From the NCBI GenBank assembly GCA_021513715.1, contig CP084167.1, positions 1,216,001-1,280,000 of the forward strand: 64,000 nt of DNA, written 5' to 3'. Shown one piece after another: positions 47,445-57,415 of the stretch (positions are counted from its first letter, which is position 1; each line of letters starts with the position of its first letter). The notes beneath the pieces are model-generated. The model did not search any database. It saw only the letters and a program-made list of their open reading frames with translations, and was not told the DNA's origin. Source of the stretch: Candidatus Heimdallarchaeum endolithica (GTDB taxonomy: Archaea; Asgardarchaeota; Heimdallarchaeia; Heimdallarchaeales; Heimdallarchaeaceae). Both the position numbers and the translations under genes were made by a program.

Positions 47445-49199
47445 ATGACTTGGTGCTTAAGTGATTCAAAGTTTATCTACGGTGTTAATCGAAACGATCT
47501 TTATTTTTTAGATATTAATGATCAGGGTGAACTTTTACTTAAGCTTAAGGATCAATCTATTTCCTTTAATGAAATCATCAACCTTGTCAAGTCTCAGTTT
47601 AGTTCTTCATCCTCTTCTGTCTCTTCATTTACTCTTCGCGTTCCTCAATTAATCACTGAACAGATTTCTAAACTTAGTAACTGTTTTCTTTCTACTATTC
47701 AAAAATATCAATATACTGGTAGTTTTCAGGGCATCTATCCTATTAAAGTCAATTCTTTGAGTTATGTCCTTGAAACTATTAAAAATCACAATTCTTCCTA
47801 TGCTTTTGAAGCTGGAACTGTTAACGAATTAGAAGTTTTGCTTTCTCTTCTTTCAGAAGATAAAAACCGAATGATAATGTGTAATGGTGTTAAGGATTAT
47901 GATTATGTAAATAAAATTAGAGAAGCTCTTAACGATGGTTATTCTATTGTTATTAGCCTTGAGTCATGTTCTGAGTCTGCAACCATACTTGATTCTATAG
48001 ACCATGATTTACTTAAACTTGCTTTGAGAATCAAACCTTACCCAACTGTCAAGTCTCATTGGGGAAGTTCTTCTGGCCGAGATTCTAAATTTGGTTTGTC
48101 TATTCACGAGTTCAAACGTATTATTGATTTGTTAGAAAAAAAGGGAGTGAAGGACAAAGTTATGGCTATTCACGCCCATCCTGGTTCTCAGGTTATCGAC
48201 ATTGACGGTTTAAGGAATTTTGTTTTGTATCTTTCAAACAGGTATCTGGAACTTAAGAGTCTTGGTTTTACTAGTCTTAAAAACATAGACTTTGGTGGAG
48301 GTATTCCTATTAATTATGATAATAGGTTACCTTCTGACATTTTAGAAAATTATATTAAAACTATTATCCTAACTTTGAAAGAAACCATAACCAATCCTAA
48401 AGACCAACCCAACATTTGGATTGAGGCAGGAAGATTTGTTACAGCTTCTTCTTCTTTGATTATTATTGAGACCATTGCTCTTTATTCTGTTTTTCCTCCG
48501 AAAAATGGTTTAAACGAACACAATTCTAAATTTGACACTATACTTAACAAGATTAACCATTCTCCATCTATTCCACTTTTATTTTCTAATTGGACTGATT
48601 TTAGATCCCCTGCTATCTACTCGAGTGTAGACGAAATTTTAAACATGGAAATTGTGATGAAATTTTTGAGATTGGCCATCAGAAAAAAAATGATGAATTT
48701 AGAGGATGAACAGAAGTTTAACAAGATTTTTGATTTAGAGCTGGATAAACTTTTTTATGAGATTTATTCTCCTGAATACATTTTAATTGGTAACTTTAGT
48801 GTTTTTAATACCATTATTGATTGGTTACTTGTTTATCAATACTTTCCAATTCTACCCACCACCAACCTCAACCAACAACCTTTTTCTTTAGTCAGATTAG
48901 TGGATAAAACTTGTGATTCTGATGGTGAAGTTTCTATTTATCATCCTGTTTTCAATGAAGACAAAATCTTGTATACAACCGATGGTTTTCCCTTAACAAT
49001 AAAAGACAAGAAATTTAATCTCATGGGCTTTCCTATAGGTTGCTTACCTGATAAGTTCCCTTTTTATTTAGTTATAGCTTTAACAGGGGCTTATCAAGAT
49101 AATATTAAGATGCACCATAATCTTATCGAACCATTAAGCAGTTTTATTATCACTCATGAGAATGGTAAGTGGAATGTTTTCCATTATGGAGATAAATGA
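47445..49199 (+). CDS. speA: Biosynthetic PLP-dependent arginine decarboxylase
   Basis: YPIKVN (PLP Lys), CNGVKD, SKFGL, HAHPGSQ, DFGGG, NFSVF, TCDSDG, GAYQ. Confidence 0.85.
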   Translation: MTWCLSDSKFIYGVNRNDLYFLDINDQGELLLKLKDQSISFNEIINLVKSQFSSSSSSVSSFTLRVPQLITEQISKLSNCFLSTIQKYQYTGSFQGIYPIKVNSLSYVLETIKNHNSSYAFEAGTVNELEVLLSLLSEDKNRMIMCNGVKDYDYVNKIREALNDGYSIVISLESCSESATILDSIDHDLLKLALRIKPYPTVKSHWGSSSGRDSKFGLSIHEFKRIIDLLEKKGVKDKVMAIHAHPGSQVIDIDGLRNFVLYLSNRYLELKSLGFTSLKNIDFGGGIPINYDNRLPSDILENYIKTIILTLKETITNPKDQPNIWIEAGRFVTASSSLIIIETIALYSVFPPKNGLNEHNSKFDTILNKINHSPSIPLLFSNWTDFRSPAIYSSVDEILNMEIVMKFLRLAIRKKMMNLEDEQKFNKIFDLELDKLFYEIYSPEYILIGNFSVFNTIIDWLLVYQYFPILPTTNLNQQPFSLVRLVDKTCDSDGEVSIYHPVFNEDKILYTTDGFPLTIKDKKFNLMGFPIGCLPDKFPFYLVIALTGAYQDNIKMHHNLIEPLSSFIITHENGKWNVFHYGDK

Positions 49200-49614
49200 A
49201 ACAGATAATTTTATAAACAGTTGTTTTTCATTATCATTCGACCATTTAAAAGAGGACCCTTTAATGAGCATGCGAGAATCTATAGTTAAAACCTTTAAAG
49301 AAATAAGAGATGAATATAGAGAAGTTGAGACTGCAGACAAAATTTTTGATATAATCAGTTTAGTTGGTATTGTACTCTTCTTTGTAAGTGCGTTATTAAT
49401 GAGTTTAAACAACAAAATTAACCCTATCAACATTGCATTTTCGATCTATCCATTAGCTATTGCTGGTACTTCTACTGCTATACGTATGAAACTTAAAAAA
49501 ATTACAGATGAAGAAGAAGCATCTAAAATCTTTAAAGAATACGTCACTATTATTGGTTTACTAACTGTTTTAGTATTAATAGTAATTATTTTTACTGTAT
49601 TAATCTATGTTTAA
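49156..49614 (+). CDS. Hypothetical membrane protein (3 TM)
   Basis: Hydrophobic segments; true start is probably ATG at about 49264-49270. Confidence 0.6.
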   Translation: MRMVSGMFSIMEINETDNFINSCFSLSFDHLKEDPLMSMRESIVKTFKEIRDEYREVETADKIFDIISLVGIVLFFVSALLMSLNNKINPINIAFSIYPLAIAGTSTAIRMKLKKITDEEEASKIFKEYVTIIGLLTVLVLIVIIFTVLIYV

Positions 49615-49669
49615 TTTACTACTTTTTTTTAAAAAGTACCACAAATTTTTTTATATATAATATGGTTAT

Positions 49670-51082
49670 TTGTGGACAATGAGTTACAATATTGAAAAAC
49701 AATATACTAGAGTTATTAAATATGGTATGAGTTTAGGTGTTAGGAGAGTATTTGAAACCATCGTTTTTGCAATTTCTATCTTTAGTATGACTTTTATTTA
49801 CCTTTATGTGCTTTTTACTGAGAATGTTTCTGCAATTGGAAAATACTTGTTCTTTCCTATTGGTATTTTTCTAGAAATTGTACTTATTTTAGCATATATT
49901 GAGAACCATTATAGTATTGAGATTTTTGGAGAGATTGTTACAAAATTTTTCACTACCCTAAGCATTTTATCTCTTCTAATGATAGTCATTTATTCTTCTA
50001 TTCCAGCTCTATATACAAACAAAAAACTTGATGGAATAAACATTTCTCTCTTAGTTATTTACTTCATTTTAGTTGCAGTAGAAACAGGTTATTTCTTGTA
50101 TTCTGTTCCTAGAGGAGAATTTTCTGAATCTTTTGGAATGGAAAAGCAATTTTCTATTTTAGAGAAAAAACTAAAAACTATTAATTTAAATTCTTTACCA
50201 ATTGAAAAAGCCATTAACAAAGGAATCGAAACTTTAAAGAAGAAAGTTTCTGAAAACGGTGTTTGGGGCTCTTTAAACCCTCTTTACGAAACTGCAATAG
50301 TTTTAGAATTTTTCCATTCTCAAAATTATGAAATTGACTCCACATGGACTATCAAGACTTCCCAGGGTAAAAGACCTGTTTCTCTCAAGAATTCATTTGA
50401 CTATATTTCTACAATTGTTGACATGCTTGAAGAAACTGAAATTTCTTACGAGCAATTATACATTTTATATGTTGTTAGCTTATTTGATCCGTCTACACTT
50501 GATCCCCACTTAAATTTAATTGAAACTTTCAAAAATGAGCTAAAAGAAGAAACAGAATGGGATTTTATTAACTCTCTTAATCAATTTTCTCCCAATGTTA
50601 GATCAAGAAGTACCCCCCCTCATTTCATTTTTGCCTATATTGCTGATGTTATTGGAGAAATAGAATTATTAGATCGTATCTCTCTTTTATTCACAAAAAG
50701 CATTGATATCATAATTAAAAGAGGATATTCCCGTTTTTCCACATCAAAGACTGGAAGAACCCCCATGGAAATGTTTGCTCGATTAATGTTAACCTTATAT
50801 CATATTAGGAGAATGCCGCCTAAAAGACAAGAATTCTTAAAAGCTGTTCAACAGACTCAATTTATTGAAGGTAGCTGGGAAGATGATATAGGAACCACAG
50901 GGTACGTTATTCAATCTTTAATTCCAAGTGAAACTATTGAATCCATGCCACTGAAGAAAGGGACTCTGTACTTGTTAGCAATGCAAGACAAAGAGGGAAT
51001 GTGGAACGGAAGCATTGAAGAAACAATAACTGCTCTTAAAACACTTATCCAGATCAAGAAATTCATTGAAGAACAAGTTTAA
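49670..51082 (+). CDS. Membrane protein with C-terminal terpene-cyclase/prenyltransferase-like alpha/alpha barrel
   Basis: 4 N-terminal TM segments; QW-like motifs SENGVW, QFIEGSW, QDKEGMW. Confidence 0.6.
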   Translation: MWTMSYNIEKQYTRVIKYGMSLGVRRVFETIVFAISIFSMTFIYLYVLFTENVSAIGKYLFFPIGIFLEIVLILAYIENHYSIEIFGEIVTKFFTTLSILSLLMIVIYSSIPALYTNKKLDGINISLLVIYFILVAVETGYFLYSVPRGEFSESFGMEKQFSILEKKLKTINLNSLPIEKAINKGIETLKKKVSENGVWGSLNPLYETAIVLEFFHSQNYEIDSTWTIKTSQGKRPVSLKNSFDYISTIVDMLEETEISYEQLYILYVVSLFDPSTLDPHLNLIETFKNELKEETEWDFINSLNQFSPNVRSRSTPPHFIFAYIADVIGEIELLDRISLLFTKSIDIIIKRGYSRFSTSKTGRTPMEMFARLMLTLYHIRRMPPKRQEFLKAVQQTQFIEGSWEDDIGTTGYVIQSLIPSETIESMPLKKGTLYLLAMQDKEGMWNGSIEETITALKTLIQIKKFIEEQV

Positions 51083-51153
51083 TTTTTTCTTCCATTTTTC
51101 TTCTTCTATTTCATATTCACAATTCTTTTAAGAATAAATAAAAAATAAAATAT

Positions 51154-51954
51154 ATGACAGATATTATTCACATTCTACTTTATATTCAAACAGCAACTGT
51201 AATATTATGTTTATTGTATGGTTCTATCATAGACATCTTTAAACGCGAAATTTCTGACATTCCATGGATTGTTATGGTTTTAGAGGGAATTGTTACTACC
51301 ATTCTTATGATTATATTTTATAATGATAAAAAAGAGATCTGGAGAATTATAGGAATAAATTTCTCTCTTGCGTTAATTATTGGTATAATCATCTATTATA
51401 CTGGAATTATGGGGGGAGCAGATGCAAAAGCAATAATGGCTTTATCAGTAAATACTGCTATTTTTCCTTTCGATTTTCCACTAACAAAACTCACAGTTTA
51501 TCTTTTCCTTCCTCCTGTTTTCAATATTTTCTTTAATTGGTTACTTGCAATAATTATCTTCTATCCTATTCCTTTAGCTATATACAACATAATTTTGAAA
51601 TTAAGAGGTATAAAACTGTTCAATGAAACCCACGCCAACTTTTTCGACAAGATTCTCTCTCTAATTTCAGGATATATAATCAAAGTAGAGAAAGCTAAAA
51701 ATAGGATTGATATTGTATATTCCGAAGTTTATAATCAAAAGAATGAACGTTGGGAAATCAAGCATTTTATGAAGGTCGAAGAAGAGGAAGAAGAAGAAAA
51801 ATTCAAACATGAAGTTGAAGAGTGGATTAATAAAACTAATAAAGAATACATCTGGGTTAAAGTTCTTCCTCCAGGCATAGTATTTTTGCTGATAGGTTAT
51901 GTCATCTCATTATTTATTGGAAACCCACTATTCGCTTTATTCAGTCTTCTTTAA
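51154..51954 (+). CDS. Prepilin/preflagellin peptidase (A24, FlaK/PibD-like)
   Basis: DIFKREISDIPW, MGGADAKA (GxGD-type aspartate), C-terminal IWV...PGIVFL. Confidence 0.88.
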   Translation: MTDIIHILLYIQTATVILCLLYGSIIDIFKREISDIPWIVMVLEGIVTTILMIIFYNDKKEIWRIIGINFSLALIIGIIIYYTGIMGGADAKAIMALSVNTAIFPFDFPLTKLTVYLFLPPVFNIFFNWLLAIIIFYPIPLAIYNIILKLRGIKLFNETHANFFDKILSLISGYIIKVEKAKNRIDIVYSEVYNQKNERWEIKHFMKVEEEEEEEKFKHEVEEWINKTNKEYIWVKVLPPGIVFLLIGYVISLFIGNPLFALFSLL

Positions 51955-51994
51955 TATTTTATTTTTATTTGTTTATTTTCTTTTTTACTTTCTT

Positions 51995-52627
51995 TTATAT
52001 TCCTTGATTATGCTTATCAAACATGCTCTCTTCAGTTAAATTTAATGCAATTGCTAGTTCAGCTACTATTCCATCCAAAAAAGACAAAGCAGCACTTTCG
52101 AACATAGTTCCCTCTGGAGTTAAAGTACTATCTAATCCAATTTCTCTTCTTGCAAGATCAGTTTTTGTACGTCCTATTAGTTTTACAGTTACATCTCCTA
52201 ATCTTCCTATTACACTTAATGGATAACTAGTTATAACAATCACATATGGGTTCCAGATCAAGTATGTTTCCAGAACTGCCTTTACAATAGGAGTTGTACC
52301 TGACCCACTTATAACAACTATTGTTTCTCCTTCCTTTACTCTTGGAACGGATCTAGAGTTAGTGATAAATCTTGATTCTGCACCTAAATGCTCTAAACGA
52401 GTTTGAAACATCTGTCCAACCATTGCTGAACGTCCACTTGCTAAAATGAATATTCTTCTTTCATTTTTTATATCATCAAGTAACCTATCTCTAACTGCTA
52501 TTACATATTCATGATGTTTCCTCATGTGCTCTACATTCTTCTTCAAATTATCGATCATTAATTCTATTGCTCGAAAAATAATAAGATCTTTATTATCTGC
52601 TGACTCTATGTTCTGGGTTTCATCCAT
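51995..52627 (-). CDS. hxlB: 6-phospho-3-hexuloisomerase (SIS domain)
   Basis: RIF..SGRS, RL.HLG, ISGSGTT, P.GTMFE...FLD, ..H.N. Confidence 0.8.
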   Translation of the reverse strand: MDETQNIESADNKDLIIFRAIELMIDNLKKNVEHMRKHHEYVIAVRDRLLDDIKNERRIFILASGRSAMVGQMFQTRLEHLGAESRFITNSRSVPRVKEGETIVVISGSGTTPIVKAVLETYLIWNPYVIVITSYPLSVIGRLGDVTVKLIGRTKTDLARREIGLDSTLTPEGTMFESAALSFLDGIVAELAIALNLTEESMFDKHNQGI

Positions 52628-52890
52628 TATTTTTTCGCTCCTTATTGCGAAATAATGAAATTTCCACAGTGTTTTTTTATCTGTAGAATTTCTTTCTAAG
52701 CTAAAACAACTGCAACCATTTTTAAATTAAATGGTTCAAACTAGATTTTTTCTCAATTAAACTGCCTTAAAAAGGCTAAAAGTCACTTTTTTCTAGTGAC
52801 TGTCTCTTGCATAATAGTGTAAATAGTGTTTCGAAAACTTTTTTTCCTCTGAAAAATAATAAGGAGATATAAGTAATAGAGACGAATTCC

Positions 52891-55818
52891 ATGTTGAAGA
52901 AGTTTAAAAAAATTACAAGTTCTAAGCATCGTCCTTCTTTTATTGCAGGATTTACTATATTCTTTTGGTTGATTATTGTAGTATCAAATATAAATCAAGT
53001 TTTACATCTTTCCCAACATCTAACTGATGAAGGTAACTTTTCTTCTTCAACAGATTCTGAATCGAGAATAGCTTCAAACATTATTTCAAAATACCAAGAA
53101 GATAATGCAACTTTTTTCCTTATCATTCGAAATAAGAATGGGAGCTCGGTTTTAACAGAAGAAATGTACAAGAAAATTACAGAAGTTGAAAAAAATATAA
53201 CAAGCAACAGATTGATTGGGCCCTACTTATCTTCTTCAACACCATACTCTTCTATTTTTGATACAACAGATAACCTACTAAGAAGTGTATTAAGTTTACA
53301 ATGGTATTCCACTAAATTCATTATTTACTCTGCTGCAATTATATGGGGAGGTATAGAATATTTTTGTGTTAATTGGATAAGTAATTATAATTATTCCTCA
53401 AATCTTACTAGTTCTGTTAAAAATGCAGAATATTTCACTAAACAATACCTAGAAGGATATATTTCAGACATTAATAGTTCAATTTTTCTTCCAATGATGT
53501 ATTCTTTTATCTCTAATTTTTCTTCTTTATTCTATAATAGCTTAAAACTTTCAGAAAACTTTCCTTCAAATGTGTCGGAAGCCATATCTCTTTCCTCATC
53601 TTTAATTGAAAATAATAAAACATTTTTTTCTCAAATATCAAGTGAAACAAGATTTTTGGATGCATTAATTTTTCTTTCAAGTTCTTTTAATATAAGTAAG
53701 TGGAATGAATCCTATTATTTATTTTCTAAAACAAGTGAATTTTTATTTAATTCAACTAAACAAAGTGACATTAATTTTGTTGATGAAGTTTATTCTAACG
53801 GTTCATTAACGGGTTTTGTTAACGCGAAAAACAAGTATTTAATTCCGATATTAAGACTAGAAAAAACAATTCCTCCTATTTCTGAAGATATGATTATCTC
53901 TTTACTAACTTTATTCACTAATTACAACAAAACTAGAGAACCTGATACCATGATTATTTTATTTAATACTGCTTTATCTTATAAGACTGTAAACGGATAT
54001 AATTTATATAAAGAGATCATTCGTATTCTTCCTCTTTTACAAAAGGCAAACCCTTCTTTAGAAATTGAGGTTACAGGGTTTGATCTTTTCATTATTGAAT
54101 TAACAGAAGATTCAGAAAATCAAGCTAAAAAAATGGATATTATCGTCATTGTTTTCTTGATTGTGATTCTAATTTTAGCCTATCGTTCACCCATCCTTCC
54201 TCTTATTCAGATTCTTTCTATTGGGATTGCAATGGTTGTTTCTCGTTCTATATTTATTTTAGTTAGCAAGACAGTTTATCCTCTTTCTAGCACGAGCTTA
54301 ATTCTTATGAGCATCAACTTATTAGGAGCCACAACAGACTATAGTGTTTTTCTTATTGGAGATTATTTATTAATGTATGAAAAGTTTAAAGATAAGAAAA
54401 AATCTGTTAAAGAGACTCTAGAGAGAACAGCAAAGAGCATAGTCATTTCTTCAATTTCTCTAGCTATTGGTTTCGGTTCATTAATTTTTTCTCGTATCCC
54501 ATCTATTAGAGGAATGGGGATAGGAGGAGCTATAGGTTTTCTTTCTGGAATGATAGTTTCCTTAACAGTTGTTCCATCTTGTTTATTTCTCATAAAGCAA
54601 GAAGTGCTAACTAAATGGAAATTCAAGAAGAAGATTACACCTAATTTTAACTTATTTAACAGAACACAGAAACTTGTTCTAAGGCGACCTATGAAAGTAT
54701 TTTTAACTTTCACTTTTATTTCTGCTTTATGCTTTGGATTGTTTTTCATAACTCCACTTGATTATTCACAATTAAGTACAGCTCCAGATAGATATATTTC
54801 AAAACAAGGATTTAATTTAATTTCAGAGCATCTAGGTGAAGATAAACTTAACCAAATTATTATTTTATATAAAACACCAGAAAATGAATCTTTTATGTTC
54901 AATAACAATTCTCTTAATATTAAGACTATAGAAAAAGTGGAAGAAACGATAACAAAGATAACAAAAAATACAAATTTCACTTATATTTATGGAGTTAGTC
55001 ATCCTTTGGGTAAACCTTTTTCAGAAAGTATAGAAAATACTTCTTATTTTCTTTATCAAGAGATTCTTTTATTAACAACCAAATTTATTTTACCCGATAG
55101 TCAATATGCTTTAGTCACTTGTGGGTCTCCTTTCAAAGAAGAAGACATAAGACTAGATCAACAAGTTACTATAATTCGAGACACCATAAAAGAGTTAAAT
55201 AAAGACCCACAATTTGAGGATTGGGAGATTTTAGTCACAGGATTCCCTGTTACTTTAGTAGATGGCAAGAGAATAATCCAAGAAGATTTTTTGATTATCT
55301 CTTTAATGATATTAGTTAGCTCCTTTATCCTACTAGTCTTTTTTATGAAAGACGTTTTCATGGCATTTAGAATATTACTAACAATAGTCATTAGTCTTGG
55401 ATTGAATCTAGGAATATTTGCTATATTTGCGCATATATTTTTTGGAGGGAGTATATTGTTTATGGTACCATTATTCCTTTTTTCTGTTTTAATATCATTA
55501 GGTTTAGATTTTGACATCTTGTTCTTAGGTATTTTTAATAGGTTGTTTAAGGAAACAGGCGAACTTGAATCAAGTATTTTTAACTCTGTCAAACAAACAA
55601 TGTCAAATATTTCTATCGCAGGAATAATTATGATGGCCACTTATTTTTCACTAATATTTACGAATTCAATCCAGATGATTCAAATTGGATTAGGATTAAG
55701 TATAGGCATTTTTATTGATGTTTTTGTTTCTCGTTTATTTATTGTTCCCTCTGCAGTGATTCTCACTTCAAAGTTTGAGCAAAAATTAAAGCTCAGGAGG
55801 AAAAAGAATGAAAAATAA
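52891..55818 (+). CDS. MMPL/RND-family transporter
   Basis: Two TM bundles with GATTDYSVFL and LGLDFDILF motifs and large extracellular domains. Confidence 0.88.
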   Translation: MLKKFKKITSSKHRPSFIAGFTIFFWLIIVVSNINQVLHLSQHLTDEGNFSSSTDSESRIASNIISKYQEDNATFFLIIRNKNGSSVLTEEMYKKITEVEKNITSNRLIGPYLSSSTPYSSIFDTTDNLLRSVLSLQWYSTKFIIYSAAIIWGGIEYFCVNWISNYNYSSNLTSSVKNAEYFTKQYLEGYISDINSSIFLPMMYSFISNFSSLFYNSLKLSENFPSNVSEAISLSSSLIENNKTFFSQISSETRFLDALIFLSSSFNISKWNESYYLFSKTSEFLFNSTKQSDINFVDEVYSNGSLTGFVNAKNKYLIPILRLEKTIPPISEDMIISLLTLFTNYNKTREPDTMIILFNTALSYKTVNGYNLYKEIIRILPLLQKANPSLEIEVTGFDLFIIELTEDSENQAKKMDIIVIVFLIVILILAYRSPILPLIQILSIGIAMVVSRSIFILVSKTVYPLSSTSLILMSINLLGATTDYSVFLIGDYLLMYEKFKDKKKSVKETLERTAKSIVISSISLAIGFGSLIFSRIPSIRGMGIGGAIGFLSGMIVSLTVVPSCLFLIKQEVLTKWKFKKKITPNFNLFNRTQKLVLRRPMKVFLTFTFISALCFGLFFITPLDYSQLSTAPDRYISKQGFNLISEHLGEDKLNQIIILYKTPENESFMFNNNSLNIKTIEKVEETITKITKNTNFTYIYGVSHPLGKPFSESIENTSYFLYQEILLLTTKFILPDSQYALVTCGSPFKEEDIRLDQQVTIIRDTIKELNKDPQFEDWEILVTGFPVTLVDGKRIIQEDFLIISLMILVSSFILLVFFMKDVFMAFRILLTIVISLGLNLGIFAIFAHIFFGGSILFMVPLFLFSVLISLGLDFDILFLGIFNRLFKETGELESSIFNSVKQTMSNISIAGIIMMATYFSLIFTNSIQMIQIGLGLSIGIFIDVFVSRLFIVPSAVILTSKFEQKLKLRRKKNEK

Positions 55819-57415
55819 GATTATTCATTTATTCTTACTATTGCTATTTATAACAACTTTTATTCCTATGATTACTAGTGCATCTAGCGATATTGATTTT
55901 AGAGATTTAGATTTTTCATCTAAAGGTTATGATATAACTTATAGAATATTAGAAGGGAAAAATATAGGAAGTTTATTCAGTGATATTGGTTTTAATCTTT
56001 CTGGTTCACTATCTGGTTCAGAATTTCATGTTTTGCTTAAAAATCAGAAAAGCGAAATAAGAGATGTTTACTCATTGGAATCTAACACAGTAATCCAGCA
56101 AAACACATCAATTTTTATTTTTGATAATTACATACAGTTAAAAAACAAAATAGAATTTAGTTCTGAATTAACAAAACTTATTTCTCAGATAAAAATAGGA
56201 GATAATTTTCTTAAACCAACAGATGATAAAAAAATTTCTACATCTCTCCCTTACAATTCAACTATTCCTATTCCCAGAATATTCTCCCAAGTTTTATTCC
56301 CAAATTTCAATTCAATAATTACAAACAGTAACTATTTTGATTTTCTTCCAATAATTCTAGGAACTGAATATGAACGATATGAGGCAGAGTTCTCTTTTCT
56401 ACAGCTTACTGGAAATTTTACAGTTAATATTTATAATAAATTTCAAGATTATTTTACTGTTTCACTGAGAAAAACTGATTCCAGTTTAATTATTAAAAGC
56501 TCTTGGAATAAGAATAATGGTCTCCTTCAATCTCTTTCTATTCAGTTTAAACATAAAGAAACAGCTAACATTTTCAGTATAGAATATAAGGATTTTAGTG
56601 AGATTGGAACACCAGAAGATTCAGATGTTGTTTCTTTTTTCATATCAAATAGTTCAGCAGATTTAGATTACTATAATGGACCTGAAGCAAAAAAGACCCA
56701 ACTAGAAAGCGCTACACGATTAATTAACAATATTAATAATACAGAAGCTTTTCGATATCTAATACAAAATAATGGAGGATTATCAATCTCTTGGACATGG
56801 CAAGTGTTAGATCCTTTAACACAAAAATATGCTGAATCCTCTATACTTCAAGAAACAACTTTTCTTTCACAGATGGAACCAGTAATCATACCAAAATGGG
56901 ATATGAACATTGGTTTGATTATGTTTTTAGAAAGTATAGGAGAAAGTTTAAAAGAGCAAGTTCAGGATTACAGAATCAAGATTGGAAACAGAACAGAATA
57001 TTCTATATCGATAAACAAATTCAATATTCAGTTACAAGAGTTTGAGCAGTTCTATTACCTATTAGTTGATTTTGATGTAAGTTATCAAAGAAAAGAAATA
57101 AGTTTCTTAGCAAGCAGAACTCAGATACAACAGTGGAATTTATCATATTATTTTTGGTTAAGTTATTCCAAATCAGGCATATTAAGCGGGTTTTCCATTT
57201 CTTGTCAAGAAATCAATCACTTTTATTTTGAACCTTTCGATATCAAAAGAGAAACACATTATAAGTGGAATTACAAAATAGAAAGTACAGAAAAAGTTCA
57301 CACTGTTCCAACATTCACTATACCTACAACAAAAACTCCAATTTCGAAAATTTTCTTCGTTACTTTGCTTGTAATTACAGTATTCAAGAAAAAGAAAAAG
57401 AAAGAGTTGAAATAA
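55808..57415 (+). CDS. Secreted/surface protein with C-terminal TM anchor
   Basis: Signal peptide; Thr-rich linker, KTP-TM-KKKKKK tail; overlaps the MMPL stop. Confidence 0.75.
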   Translation: MKNKIIHLFLLLLFITTFIPMITSASSDIDFRDLDFSSKGYDITYRILEGKNIGSLFSDIGFNLSGSLSGSEFHVLLKNQKSEIRDVYSLESNTVIQQNTSIFIFDNYIQLKNKIEFSSELTKLISQIKIGDNFLKPTDDKKISTSLPYNSTIPIPRIFSQVLFPNFNSIITNSNYFDFLPIILGTEYERYEAEFSFLQLTGNFTVNIYNKFQDYFTVSLRKTDSSLIIKSSWNKNNGLLQSLSIQFKHKETANIFSIEYKDFSEIGTPEDSDVVSFFISNSSADLDYYNGPEAKKTQLESATRLINNINNTEAFRYLIQNNGGLSISWTWQVLDPLTQKYAESSILQETTFLSQMEPVIIPKWDMNIGLIMFLESIGESLKEQVQDYRIKIGNRTEYSISINKFNIQLQEFEQFYYLLVDFDVSYQRKEISFLASRTQIQQWNLSYYFWLSYSKSGILSGFSISCQEINHFYFEPFDIKRETHYKWNYKIESTEKVHTVPTFTIPTTKTPISKIFFVTLLVITVFKKKKKKELK

